From positions 4,063 to 68,062 of the forward strand of contig JAQXHU010000122.1 in the NCBI GenBank assembly GCA_029007435.1: a stretch of 64,000 bases of DNA, read 5' to 3'. Every line of letters starts with the position of its first letter. Position 1 is the first letter of the stretch. Below are positions 27,424 to 38,233 of the stretch, piece by piece. The notes under the pieces are model-generated. The model saw only the letters and a list, made by a program, of their open reading frames with translations, was not told the DNA's origin and ran no database searches. Source of the DNA: Bacteroidales bacterium. GTDB lineage: Bacteria; Bacteroidota; Bacteroidia; Bacteroidales; UBA932. The position numbers and the translations under genes are program-made.

Positions 27424-29924
27424 ATGAAAAGTGTTTTCAATTCATATCTGCTTAAAGGAGGCTTTGCAGCTTTCTGTCTCTCCGCCGGCCTGATGATGGC
27501 CTGCGACGGAGGCTCTTCCAAAGCGGATATCCCTACCCCCCCCCATCGGAAAATGATGACATCACAATCGTAAACGGAAAGGTAAAGTTCTACCTTGTCC
27601 TGGCTGACAATTCCCCGCGCTCCGCAATGGAAAGCAGCCAGCCGGATTTCAGGAATTGCAGCCTACGGGTCAACGGAGAAGAATACATCCCGGCACTGGA
27701 CACAGACGGCAAATGGAGCTGCGAAGTGAAAGCCTCGGCCGCCGGAACTTACGACGCCGTTCTCCACACGGCCAGCTCGGGAGCCTGGCACGGCAGCAGT
27801 GCCTACAGTGACCTGAAAGTACCGTTCAGCCAGTTTCTCGCAGGAAGTCCCGCACAACTGCCGGACTATCCTATGTATGCAAGCTACAGCAAAGAGACCG
27901 GCAACAGGCTCAGCCTGAAAGACGGATTCTCCCTTCTTGACATCACACTCAAAGGCAGCGGAAAAATCTCATCAATAAGAGTCTCGGACCCTTCCGGCTC
28001 ATCGCTTTCCGGACTTGCGGACTATCTGCCGTCAAAAGGACAGTTCAAAATGAAAAGCGGACTGCCGGAATGCATCCTCAACTGCACGGACAGTGACAAC
28101 GCCGCAACCCTCAACGACAACGGAGCACATTTCTATATAATTGTCCCTCCCGGCACATACAATGCGGGTCTCGACATAAGGATATGTGACGATGTCCACA
28201 AAATGATGGAGTACAACACAGGAGCCTTCTCCCTTGCAGGAGGAACTGTGAAATCAATCAATTTGGACTACAGTCCTGCATCCGGTCTCATCTGGTATGA
28301 AGGATTCGACAAATTCGTATGGGGAGGCGACATCATAGGAGGTGAAGGCACATTGGGATATGCTCCCGATGATGACAATCCGGGCACTGACGGAGCCACC
28401 TCAAGAACAGGATACGAGAACGCCTTCACTCAGGTCGGATACGATAGGCCGGGTTCAGGATTCATCCAGTCAAACACCTGGAGTGAAGTCAGCGGCAAGA
28501 CTGTCGGGACATCCCACCAGATGAGCGAGTCCTACGTAAAGAGCCGGGGCATCGGAGATTTCACCTATATGTTCCGCTGCCAGGAGTATAAAGGATGCCT
28601 GGCCATAGGCGCAGGAAACTCCGGACGAGGCATATTCAATACCGGAGCTATGGGAATCGGCCCTGAGCCTTGTGCGGTGAGGATAAGTTTCGATTTCTGC
28701 CTGCAGGACGGTAATACAGACGGACTCCTGATGCAGATAATGAACGGAGGCCAGATTGCAGCTCTCAATATTGACGGACAGGACGTTACATCCGACAAGG
28801 ACAATTTCTCATTCGTCGGAGTGACGCACGATTATTTCCTGAGCAAGTCAAGAACAACCGTGCCGGGCTCTGCGGCGGAGGCTAAAACCTGGCACAAGGT
28901 CGAGGCTCTCGTGGAGAACGCCACCGACGGCACCTGCCTGCACATAACGGGAAAATCAGTCGATGCCGGCGTACACGGAATCTATATTGACAACATCAAA
29001 GTCACTCTTGACAGGGAATACCAGAAAGAAAACGGCACGATCAGGGTGCTCTACTGGAACATCCAGAACGGAATGTGGGCCGACCAGGCCAACAACTACA
29101 CCAATTTCACAAAATGGGTGAAGAAATACAATCCTGACATCTGCGTATGGTGCGAGTCATCATCCATCTACAAGGACAACACAAAGACCTCCGCGCCGTC
29201 AAGCGAGAGATTCCTTCCTGAGGGATGGTCAACACTTGCCGCAAAATACGGACATTCTTATGTTTCCGTAGGAGGTTTCAGGGACAACTACCCACAGACC
29301 ATCACATCCAGATTCCCTATCTCCACCATTATGAAAATCACCGACACTGACCAGGACGGCAAGCCGGTGGCGCACGGAGCCGGTCTTTTCAAAGTGAACG
29401 TGAACGGCCGCGACATAAATATTGTCACCCTGCACCTCTGGCCTCAAAGCTACCGCTACGGGGCACCGACATCAGAAAGGGACGCCAGTTCCGCAGCCAA
29501 CGAAGGAGACTATTACAGGGAATTCGAGATGGACTACATCCTCCGGCAGACTGTCGGCAATTCAGCCTATGCCGGACAGGCCGACTGGCTGATGATGGGA
29601 GACTTCAACTCCAGGTCAATCAAGGACGAGTGGTTCTGCAACTACGGCGAATCATCAACAAAATATCTGGCGCTCAACAAGATATATGGAGGTACAGACC
29701 TCGTTGACATCATAGCGGAGAAATATCCGGGATGGATGTGCTCATCCACTATGGGCAATGCGAGGATAGACTATATGTTCGCCTCACCGTCAATGTACAG
29801 CCGTATTGTCAGGGGATTCATTCTTGCGGACGAGTGGACAACAGCATTGCCGAGCACATACGTGCCTGAGTTCTATGACCCATCCGACCACCGGCCTATT
29901 CTTGTGGACTTCAAAGTCAACTGA
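27424..29924 (+). pseudogene. Lipoprotein with fimbrillin-like N-domain, beta-sandwich domain and C-terminal endonuclease/exonuclease/phosphatase (EEP) domain; frameshifted at a C9 tract
   Basis: ATG 27424 gives a signal peptide with lipobox LMMA-C but stops at TAA 27571-27573. One extra C in the run at 27536-27544 joins it to ORF 27627..29924 (833 aa). EEP motifs: YWNIQNG, PDICVWCE, TLHLWP, MGDFNS, RIDY, SDHRP. Confidence 0.8.
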
Positions 29925-29947
29925 TTCACAATTATTCATTATACATT

Positions 29948-31060
29948 ATGGTAACACAACGACATTTCCGAGGCCTTGCAAATGGCCTTCTGGCATTGCT
30001 GTTGACAGGTGCGCTTCCGCTTGCGATGTGCGTCTCCTGCGACAACTCCGATGCCAACCAGGACAGGAAGGAATACATCGACGTGTATTCCGAGCCTGAC
30101 GGGGAAGAACCTGCCACCGTTTTCCCTGTCGGCGTTCAAGGCGGCACAGCCACATTCTACATCCGTAGCAATGTGGAGTTCACTGCCAAATGGCAGGACA
30201 ACCTGACTTCTCCCTGGATTCAGATCAAGAATCTGGAGGAAATCGAACCAGGTCTGAGCAAGATTGAGCTCGAAGTCAGCAAACTGAGTTCAATCGCCTA
30301 CTACACAAGGAGAAGCGGCACGCTTATGCTTTCAGCTCCGGAACTTAATTACGGCAAATTCATCACTTTGAACCAGGGATTCACCGCCAGGGTGAGCTGC
30401 AATTTCTCCTGGCTCAAATACGGTTCAGCCGACCCTCGAAAAGATGACGGCACACTGATCGGAGCCTGGTCGCAGAGCCAGAAAGACTATGGTTACACCT
30501 CCACTGTCATCCCGGGCCAGGACGATGCCTGGTGCTACGGGAAGAACGGCTTCATAATGCTCGGGAACAAGGAAGGCTACGGTGCGGACTTCATCAGCCC
30601 GTACACCGGAGACCTCAGGAGCGACTCCCTGCTCGTGGTCACATTCAAGGCTGTGGCCTACACCAGCCTTGATGGAGTGAAAGACAACAACAGGCTTTCT
30701 TTTGAAGTGCTGGACGGAGGAGTCATACGGGATTTCGCGGAAGAAGGCGGGACCAGGATGGAATTCGAAGTGCCTTATTACAATATGGCTGACGAGAATT
30801 TCCCTGCAAGTATGTGGGACTGCGGCAGCGAGTATATGGTGTTCATTGCCTCAACACCTTCCAACCCGATCAGCGGAGACACGAGAATCCGTCTCACGGC
30901 AGGCTCACTGTCATCCACCCCGGAAAGTGTCTGCAACAGAATTTTCATAGACAACATCTATATCAGACGCTTCACTCCGGACGATGAGGACCTTTTCGAA
31001 GCCAACGGAGGCAGCGGCAAGGACATCATCCTCGGAACCGCTCCGGAAGACCAGCAATAG
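29948..31060 (+). CDS. BACON-domain surface lipoprotein
   Basis: Lipobox CVSC; F.IRSNVEFTA...PWIQ...RRSGTL...ITLNQ BACON-like pattern; C-terminal beta-sandwich ending RIFIDNIYI. Confidence 0.7.
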   Translation: MVTQRHFRGLANGLLALLLTGALPLAMCVSCDNSDANQDRKEYIDVYSEPDGEEPATVFPVGVQGGTATFYIRSNVEFTAKWQDNLTSPWIQIKNLEEIEPGLSKIELEVSKLSSIAYYTRRSGTLMLSAPELNYGKFITLNQGFTARVSCNFSWLKYGSADPRKDDGTLIGAWSQSQKDYGYTSTVIPGQDDAWCYGKNGFIMLGNKEGYGADFISPYTGDLRSDSLLVVTFKAVAYTSLDGVKDNNRLSFEVLDGGVIRDFAEEGGTRMEFEVPYYNMADENFPASMWDCGSEYMVFIASTPSNPISGDTRIRLTAGSLSSTPESVCNRIFIDNIYIRRFTPDDEDLFEANGGSGKDIILGTAPEDQQ

Positions 31061-31087
31061 TATTATCAACTTCAAAATAGACCATAG

Positions 31088-34000
31088 ATGCATAACATAT
31101 TGAAAACCCTTGCCAGAAGCATTCTGGCAGCGGTACTGTTCGGAACGGCTGCCACGATGCCGATGTCTGCCCAGACAGGCCAGGGTGATGTCAACATCAC
31201 CGGAACAGTAGTAGACACCGACGGGCTTCCTCTTCAGGGAGCGACCATCCGTATGATTGGCAGTAACACAATCTACACGACTGCTGACGCCCAGGGAAAA
31301 TTCTCCCTGAAAGTGAAGCAGGGTTCCACAATCGAGGTTCTGTATATGGGATTCGAGTCCCAGACTGCCAAAGTGCAGAACCGCACAAAATTCGCTTTCA
31401 CGCTCAAAGAAGACGCCAACGTGCTTGAGGACGTGGTTGTCATCGGCTACGGCTCCGTAAAGAAAAGCGACCTCACAGGTTCAGTGGCGAACGTCAAGAT
31501 GAGCGACATCCAGAACGCTCCTGTGCTCTCTGTGGACAACGCCCTCCAGGGACGTATCGCAGGCGCTGACTTTATGTCGACAAACGGAGCTCCGGGAGCC
31601 ACGACCACTATCCGAATCAGGGGAACGAGGTCCATTTCCGCATCCAACGAGCCTTTGTTCGTCGTGGACGGAATCATTGACGCAATCCACGACCTGAACG
31701 ATATCAACTCAGACGACATCGCCAGCATCAACGTCCTGAAAGATGCTTCATCTACAGCCATTTACGGTTCAAGAGGAGCCAATGGCGTCATCATCATCAC
31801 CACCAAGCAGGGCTCTGGCCTGAAAGACAAGGTGAACATCACGTTCAAGGCTGACGTGGGATTTGCACAGCTGCCGCGCTCACTGGACATTATGAACGCA
31901 TCCGAGTTCGCCATATACCGTAATGACATCGCTTATTTCGGAGGCGACGAGAATCATCCTGACGTAGGAGCGGACACCCCGCTTTCAAGCGGAGTTTACA
32001 AAGACCCTCTCTCTTACGGGGAAGGCACCGACTGGATAAAGGAAATCACCAGGACAGCCCTTTACCAGAATTACGCCCTTTCACTTTCAGGTCGCAACGA
32101 CAAGAGTTCCCACTATGCGTCATTCTCCTACAATGACACCGACGGTATCATCCAGGACAGCGGCCAGCGCAGGTTCACCGGAAGGATAAATATGGACAGG
32201 CAGTATTTCAAATGGCTGAAGCTCGGCTACAGCGGCTCTTACACCTGGAGACACAATGACGAGAACAAGGCCACTATCGGAGGAACGTCCTGGTGGAGCG
32301 GCGCCCAGTACCTGTCGCCTCTTATGAAACCTGGCGACTCATTCAACCCGCTGTATTATTCAGGACAGAAAATCAACACACCGCGTTCTCTCATCGACCT
32401 GAACACGTACTATTTTGAGAGACATTCCACCAACCACGCCTTCACGGCCACATTGACCCCTGTGAAGAACCTCATCATCAAGAGCACATTCTCATATTAC
32501 TATTATCAGAGGCACACTTACAGGTATTATCCGGGAACCCTCCCGAGAAAAGCCGAGAACGAGGGCGGAGAGGCTTACAGGGCAGAGTATGACGAGAGGT
32601 CAATGTCCTCCGAGAACACCGCCACTTATAAAATAAAGGCCAAGAAACACACAGTGGACCTTATGGCCGGATTCTCCGCATACAAGTTCACTTCCAACAA
32701 CCTGACCATCTCCGGTTCCGGCTATATGGACGACGAGGTGAAATGGAACAATATGAACGCCGTGCTAGACAAGGAGACTTACTCAGTTTCCTCCGGATTC
32801 AGCAAGAAGACCAAGATGTCCGTGTTCGCCAGGGGCAATTACAATTTCGGTTCAAGGTATTACCTCACTGTGACAGGACGTTTTGACGGAGCATCCAACT
32901 TCGCTGCCAACAAGAAATGGGCGTTCTTCCCTTCAGCCGCGTTGAGATGGAATGTCGCCAACGAGCCGTTTATGAAAAACGCCACACGCGTGGATGATCT
33001 TGCTCTCAGGCTCAGCGCCGGCATGACCGGAAACGACGCCATCAGCCCTTACCGTTCCCTCGCCGCGCTTTCATCCACGACCGGAGGCTATCTGTTCGAC
33101 GGCTCGCAGCCGGCAGCATATTATCTGTCACGCCTGGACTCCCCTGACCTCACCTGGGAAAAGACAGCGTCCTACAACGCAGCCCTGGACATAGCCCTGT
33201 TCAAGAACAGGCTGAACATCACGGCTGAAGCCTATTACTCAAAAACTTCCGACCTTCTGCTCTCTGTCCAGGTTCCTACCCAGACCGGTTTCTCAAGCAG
33301 GTTCGGCAACATCGGAAAGACTTCCAACAAAGGATTCGAGCTCACCATCGAGAGCCAGAACATCATGAAAAAGAATTTCAGCTGGTCCACAACCCTCACC
33401 CTTTCGCACAACAAGCAAAGAGTCGAGGACATCGGATCCGAGGACTTCGTGAAAGCCCTTTCCGCTCCTGGAAACAACTCCTATATGATGTACGGTTACG
33501 TCAAAGGCTATCCTCTCAACGCCCTTTGGGGATTCAAGTACGGCGGCGTATGGAAGAATGACGAGGAGAGAGAACGCAACAAGGTGACCAAAACATACGT
33601 GAGCGCATCATCCACCGCCAACGGAGTAGCACGCTACTACGATATTGACCACGATGGAGTCCTGAGCCAGAAAGACCTTGTATATCAGGGCAATGCAGAC
33701 CCTTATCTCTACGGAGGACTCCAGAACACGTTCTACTGGAAAGGGCTGAGCCTCGGTGTGTATTTCGCATACTCACTCGGAGGAAAGATTTACAACTACT
33801 CGGAAATCTATATGGCCGGCTCCAAGTTCACGAACCAGTACAGGTATATGCTGAACGCCTGGCATCCTGAGCGCAATCCGGAATCCAACATTCCGCGCGC
33901 AGCCGGAACTTCAGACGCCGCCCTGCCGAGTGACTTTATGATTCACGACGCCTCATTCCTCAGGCTCAAGACCCTGTCGCTTTCGTACAATCTCGACCTG

Positions 34001-34192
34001 CACAAGAGGAGCAAAATCTTCAAGGACGTGACATTCAGCGTGATAGGTGACAATCTCTATCTCTGGAAGAAATACAACGGATTCGATCCTGACGTTTCCA
34101 GCGAAGGTACATCATCTACCCTCCGCCGTGTTGACCTCGGAGCTTATCCAAAGTCGAGAACAGTCACATTCAGCATACAGGTCAGATACTAA
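31088..34192 (+). CDS. SusC/RagA family TonB-dependent transporter
   Basis: VVVIGYGSVKKSDLTGSV, LQGRIAG, VLKDASSTAIYGSRGANGVIIITTK, LTWEKT, DASFLRLK, C-terminal aromatic residue. Confidence 0.96.
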   Translation: MHNILKTLARSILAAVLFGTAATMPMSAQTGQGDVNITGTVVDTDGLPLQGATIRMIGSNTIYTTADAQGKFSLKVKQGSTIEVLYMGFESQTAKVQNRTKFAFTLKEDANVLEDVVVIGYGSVKKSDLTGSVANVKMSDIQNAPVLSVDNALQGRIAGADFMSTNGAPGATTTIRIRGTRSISASNEPLFVVDGIIDAIHDLNDINSDDIASINVLKDASSTAIYGSRGANGVIIITTKQGSGLKDKVNITFKADVGFAQLPRSLDIMNASEFAIYRNDIAYFGGDENHPDVGADTPLSSGVYKDPLSYGEGTDWIKEITRTALYQNYALSLSGRNDKSSHYASFSYNDTDGIIQDSGQRRFTGRINMDRQYFKWLKLGYSGSYTWRHNDENKATIGGTSWWSGAQYLSPLMKPGDSFNPLYYSGQKINTPRSLIDLNTYYFERHSTNHAFTATLTPVKNLIIKSTFSYYYYQRHTYRYYPGTLPRKAENEGGEAYRAEYDERSMSSENTATYKIKAKKHTVDLMAGFSAYKFTSNNLTISGSGYMDDEVKWNNMNAVLDKETYSVSSGFSKKTKMSVFARGNYNFGSRYYLTVTGRFDGASNFAANKKWAFFPSAALRWNVANEPFMKNATRVDDLALRLSAGMTGNDAISPYRSLAALSSTTGGYLFDGSQPAAYYLSRLDSPDLTWEKTASYNAALDIALFKNRLNITAEAYYSKTSDLLLSVQVPTQTGFSSRFGNIGKTSNKGFELTIESQNIMKKNFSWSTTLTLSHNKQRVEDIGSEDFVKALSAPGNNSYMMYGYVKGYPLNALWGFKYGGVWKNDEERERNKVTKTYVSASSTANGVARYYDIDHDGVLSQKDLVYQGNADPYLYGGLQNTFYWKGLSLGVYFAYSLGGKIYNYSEIYMAGSKFTNQYRYMLNAWHPERNPESNIPRAAGTSDAALPSDFMIHDASFLRLKTLSLSYNLDLHKRSKIFKDVTFSVIGDNLYLWKKYNGFDPDVSSEGTSSTLRRVDLGAYPKSRTVTFSIQVRY

Positions 34193-34207
34193 AACAAGGT
34201 TATTATT

Positions 34208-35731
34208 ATGAATCTGAAACATATAAAAATATTTGCGGCGGCAGCCGTCATAGCCGCATTCCATGCCTGCTCTCTGGAAGAGGACACGAGTTCGCTGTCC
34301 ACGCCTGACAATTTCTTCAGGAAGTTCTCGGAATGCCAGTCCGTGGTCAACGGCTGCTACATACCGATGAAGACCATCTTCAACTACACTTATATGATTG
34401 CCACAGAGTGCGTTACTGACATAGCATACTGTCCTTCGGGAACTCTTGACGCACGTCTTGACATCTCTCCTGCGACTCCGAGGCTCGGCGCCACTGTATG
34501 GACACAGGGATATCTTGGAGTTCAGCGCTGCAACTTCGCCATTGACGGAATCACCAAGTCCCGCGCGTTCGTTGACGAGAACGGTGACATAGACGAGAAC
34601 AACGAACAGCGCATCCAGCTTCTCTGCGAAGCCAAGACGCTGAGGGCTTTCTACTACTACATTCTCACAAGTTTCTTCGGCAATGTGCCTTTCTATTTCG
34701 ACCCGGTGAACGACAACGCCACACTCGACAGGATAGCTGTCCTTCCGAGGATGGACGCCGGCAAGACCAGGGAGGCCTGCATCCAGGATCTTTTGGAGAT
34801 AGCCCCGCTCGCTTCACAGACAAGGACTTATGATAATGAAGGCAACCGCCTTGGAGCGGCCTGCGCATACATTCTCATCGGGAAGATGGCGATGTGGAAC
34901 AAAGACTGGGAAACAGCCATCAACGCAATAGAGGCCCTTGAGAAAATCTACGGAAACCTTTCAGACTACGACTACACCGCCAATGTGCGTTTCCGCGACA
35001 AGAACACTCCTGAATCCATCATGGAGATTCAGCACACATACACTCAGGGCGGTGTGATTTACACCTCCAATGTAGCCTGCATCTGCACCCCTACAAGGAA
35101 GGCCAATTCTGCGATTTACGACGGAGTGGAGATACCGGAGCTCGGCAACCAGGCAACGACCTGGGCAGCGATGCGTCCCAATGTCTTCTTCTGCCAGGGT
35201 CTCCAGACCAAGCTCGGAGCCGACATCCGCGCCAAATACAATATGGCCTGGGATTACGAAGGAAAGACCTTCACCGGCGTTAACACGCGCCCTTGGCTGG
35301 GGCCGAAATTCTGGTGTCCGGATATGCAGGGAAGCTACGACGGGAACAATTACAAAGTGTTCAGATACGCCGACGCTATTCTTATGAAAGCCGAATGCCT
35401 CCACGAAACAGGAAGATACGAAGAATCAGTTGAATACCTGAATATGACAAGGACCAGGGCCGGTCTCAAGCCTTACGTTTACCGCAGCCCGGCCAGACTC
35501 CAGGACGAAATCCGCAATGAACGCGCCCGCGAGCTGTTCGGAGAGTTCCAGAGGAAATACGACCTTGTTAGATGGGGAATCTGGTATCAGTCCGTCCTCG
35601 ATTATTCGGACTATACATATCTTCTAAACAACATCAAGCCTTGCCACGAATACTACCCTATTCCGGACACCGAGGTCGTATATTCCAAATACAATCTCGA
35701 CAACAAGGAATACGCTAAATACGGTCTTTAA
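34208..35731 (+). CDS. SusD/RagB family lipoprotein
   Basis: Lipobox FHAC, EAKTLRAFYY, FGNVP, FRYADAILMKAE, ERARELFGEFQRKYDLVRWG, YPIP. Confidence 0.94.
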   Translation: MNLKHIKIFAAAAVIAAFHACSLEEDTSSLSTPDNFFRKFSECQSVVNGCYIPMKTIFNYTYMIATECVTDIAYCPSGTLDARLDISPATPRLGATVWTQGYLGVQRCNFAIDGITKSRAFVDENGDIDENNEQRIQLLCEAKTLRAFYYYILTSFFGNVPFYFDPVNDNATLDRIAVLPRMDAGKTREACIQDLLEIAPLASQTRTYDNEGNRLGAACAYILIGKMAMWNKDWETAINAIEALEKIYGNLSDYDYTANVRFRDKNTPESIMEIQHTYTQGGVIYTSNVACICTPTRKANSAIYDGVEIPELGNQATTWAAMRPNVFFCQGLQTKLGADIRAKYNMAWDYEGKTFTGVNTRPWLGPKFWCPDMQGSYDGNNYKVFRYADAILMKAECLHETGRYEESVEYLNMTRTRAGLKPYVYRSPARLQDEIRNERARELFGEFQRKYDLVRWGIWYQSVLDYSDYTYLLNNIKPCHEYYPIPDTEVVYSKYNLDNKEYAKYGL

Positions 35732-35737
35732 TAACTT

Positions 35738-38221
35738 ATGAGCATTATGAATCAATTATTGAAAAATATACTCAGGACAGCGCTTGCGGGTATTGCAGCC
35801 GGGGCTTTGGCGGTCTCCTGCAATGACAAATTCGACCTTGAGCTTCCGCTTTCCGTCAATTCGCACAAGCTGTCAATTCCGAAGGAGTCAGGCTCCACGC
35901 ATATTCTCGTCTATTCCGACGGCAAATGGACAGCCGGATTCACAGAGGCGGCCGACTGGGTGTCGCTCAACAAACTGTCCGGAGAGGGCAACCACGACCT
36001 CGTGCTTTCCTGGTCCGCCAACTACGGCATTGCAAGGAAAGTGGGCATCGTCCTGACCAAAGGCAGCCTTTGCGACACCATCACCGTCACCCAGGCCGGC
36101 AGCCTGAGCGACATCTCATTGGGATTCAGCAATTCCGCCATGAATCTTCTCAAGACATCGGCCAGCATTTCCGCCCCGATCAGCACAAACCTGATGTACG
36201 ACCTTGACAGAATCACAGCGGAGACTCTCTTCCTCGGCGCAGAGGGGGACACTCTCGCAATTGTCAAGATGGGCGAAGAGGAAGCTGCATCCGGCTACGA
36301 GCCTTGGCTGACAGCCAAAACAATCACCAGCAAAAACTTCAAGTTCGATGTCACCGAGAATACCTCCGAAGCCCCGAGGACAGCCGTCATAACAATGTAT
36401 GTGGAGGACGCCACCGGCGAGAACCGCAAGTCTTCTATGACTGTAACCCAGGGCATTTCCGAGCCTGTATTCTCACTTTCTGAAGATTCAGGTGAATACG
36501 CCGGATACAAAGGCACATATTCAGTAGAGACCCTGGACAACAACATCTACGCATACACCAACAACTACAGCCTCACAGTCAATTACTCCAATCCTGACGA
36601 CGAGGAGAACAAATGGCTGAGCGGGGTCAAACTGACAGGAACATCGCTGGATTTCTCAGTATCCAAGAACGAGAGCGGGGCTGACAGGACTGCCACCATC
36701 GTTATGGAGTATTCCGACGATTCCGGAAACAGCATCAGCAGTTCATTCGTTGTCAGCCAGCTTGCTTATCCTGACCCGCTCTCATTCGAGGAGCTCAGGG
36801 CACTGGCACCGGGAGAACTCACATCGAAAAAGTACATAGAGGGCTACGTTGTCAGCGATCCGGGAAGCGCCAACATTGCCAAAAACACCCAGACCGCGCA
36901 GTTCAAGTTTGACTTCAACGAGAACTACAAGACCGCTTACCTTGAGAGCATCGACGGGCGATATGGCGTTATGCTGAAATTCAAGACCGTGGAGGACAAT
37001 ATCATAGAGAGATATTCCAAGGTCCGCATAGCAATCGAGGGAGCCGAACTCCAGAGATATGACAATCCAGTCCGCTACGTGGTTTCAGGACTCACTGCCG
37101 AGAGTGTCATCGAGGCCGGAACACCTGACTCATTCCTGGTACCGTCCAAGAAGAGGAAGATTTCAGAGCTCACCGACAATGACATCTACACTTTAGTTGA
37201 CCTTCAGGATGTGGAGATTCTCGCAAAGGACGGATCTTACACGAACTGCACCGACGGATACAGCATCCGGGACGATGGAAAGGGCATCAACCCTTCCGGC
37301 ACCACATCCGCTCCGAGATGGGACACCGCACCGCTGATGGTGACCGACACTGAAGGCAGTTTCATATCTCTCCTGACCAACTCTTACGTGGCCTGGAGAA
37401 GAGAGCCTTTAGGCAGCAACAACCCGACATTCCTTCCACAGGGCTCAGGAACAATACACGGAGTAATCGTGTTCGAGGAAAACCCGAGGTACGGCAGCTA
37501 CTCCAAATACCAGGTCCGTGCAATGGTGGAGGAAGACATTGAACTGGAAAACAGTCCATTCTCAAATACCATCGTGGAATGGAACTGGAACGATAAAGTC
37601 AACAACATTGTCCCGGAAAAGGGAGAAGGTACTATGAATGTCTATGGAGCTACCTTCGCGCTTTCCACTGACTTCAACAATACTGTCAGCAAAGACGCTA
37701 CCGGCTCTAACCAGAAAGGACTCATTCCGAGCGCCGCAATCAAACTGACCAATTCCTGGTGGGATTTCACCGCGGACGAGGGGAAATATTTCGACATCAA
37801 TTTCTCAACGGCAGGACTCAACGGAAGCAATTTAGTTGTGGGCATTGTCTGGGGACACGGAGAGATGGGCAACACGACACTTGACTCGCCTGCGCACTGG
37901 AAGATGCTGTACTCAGTGGACGGAGGAACCACCTTCAAAGATGTTGACGGCGGAATTCTCAAGAACCGTTCAGTAGTATGGTGGACGACCACCTCACAGG
38001 ACAGCTGCCCTGGATTCGAGGAGTATCTGAGGAAACTTCCGGACGAGTGCTTCGGCAAAGAGAATGTGACAGTGAGATTCCAGGTGGCGGACAAAGTGAC
38101 CGACATCAGTCCAAAGATTTCAACAAGTGACTGGCAGAACAACCTTGGCATCGAGAAAGGCACCCTCACGAACAAGGCCACCGGAATCAGAATCGGAACT
38201 CTCACAGTACGTTATAATTAA
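35738..38221 (+). CDS. Lipoprotein with BACON repeats and a DUF5689-like domain
   Basis: Lipobox AVSC, three BACON-like units, then YIEGYVVSD...AYLES.DG..G...KISEL...TLV.L.DVE...GSGTIHGVI...YQVR...EDI. Confidence 0.72.
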   Translation: MSIMNQLLKNILRTALAGIAAGALAVSCNDKFDLELPLSVNSHKLSIPKESGSTHILVYSDGKWTAGFTEAADWVSLNKLSGEGNHDLVLSWSANYGIARKVGIVLTKGSLCDTITVTQAGSLSDISLGFSNSAMNLLKTSASISAPISTNLMYDLDRITAETLFLGAEGDTLAIVKMGEEEAASGYEPWLTAKTITSKNFKFDVTENTSEAPRTAVITMYVEDATGENRKSSMTVTQGISEPVFSLSEDSGEYAGYKGTYSVETLDNNIYAYTNNYSLTVNYSNPDDEENKWLSGVKLTGTSLDFSVSKNESGADRTATIVMEYSDDSGNSISSSFVVSQLAYPDPLSFEELRALAPGELTSKKYIEGYVVSDPGSANIAKNTQTAQFKFDFNENYKTAYLESIDGRYGVMLKFKTVEDNIIERYSKVRIAIEGAELQRYDNPVRYVVSGLTAESVIEAGTPDSFLVPSKKRKISELTDNDIYTLVDLQDVEILAKDGSYTNCTDGYSIRDDGKGINPSGTTSAPRWDTAPLMVTDTEGSFISLLTNSYVAWRREPLGSNNPTFLPQGSGTIHGVIVFEENPRYGSYSKYQVRAMVEEDIELENSPFSNTIVEWNWNDKVNNIVPEKGEGTMNVYGATFALSTDFNNTVSKDATGSNQKGLIPSAAIKLTNSWWDFTADEGKYFDINFSTAGLNGSNLVVGIVWGHGEMGNTTLDSPAHWKMLYSVDGGTTFKDVDGGILKNRSVVWWTTTSQDSCPGFEEYLRKLPDECFGKENVTVRFQVADKVTDISPKISTSDWQNNLGIEKGTLTNKATGIRIGTLTVRYN

Positions 38222-38233
38222 TTGGAACTCAGT

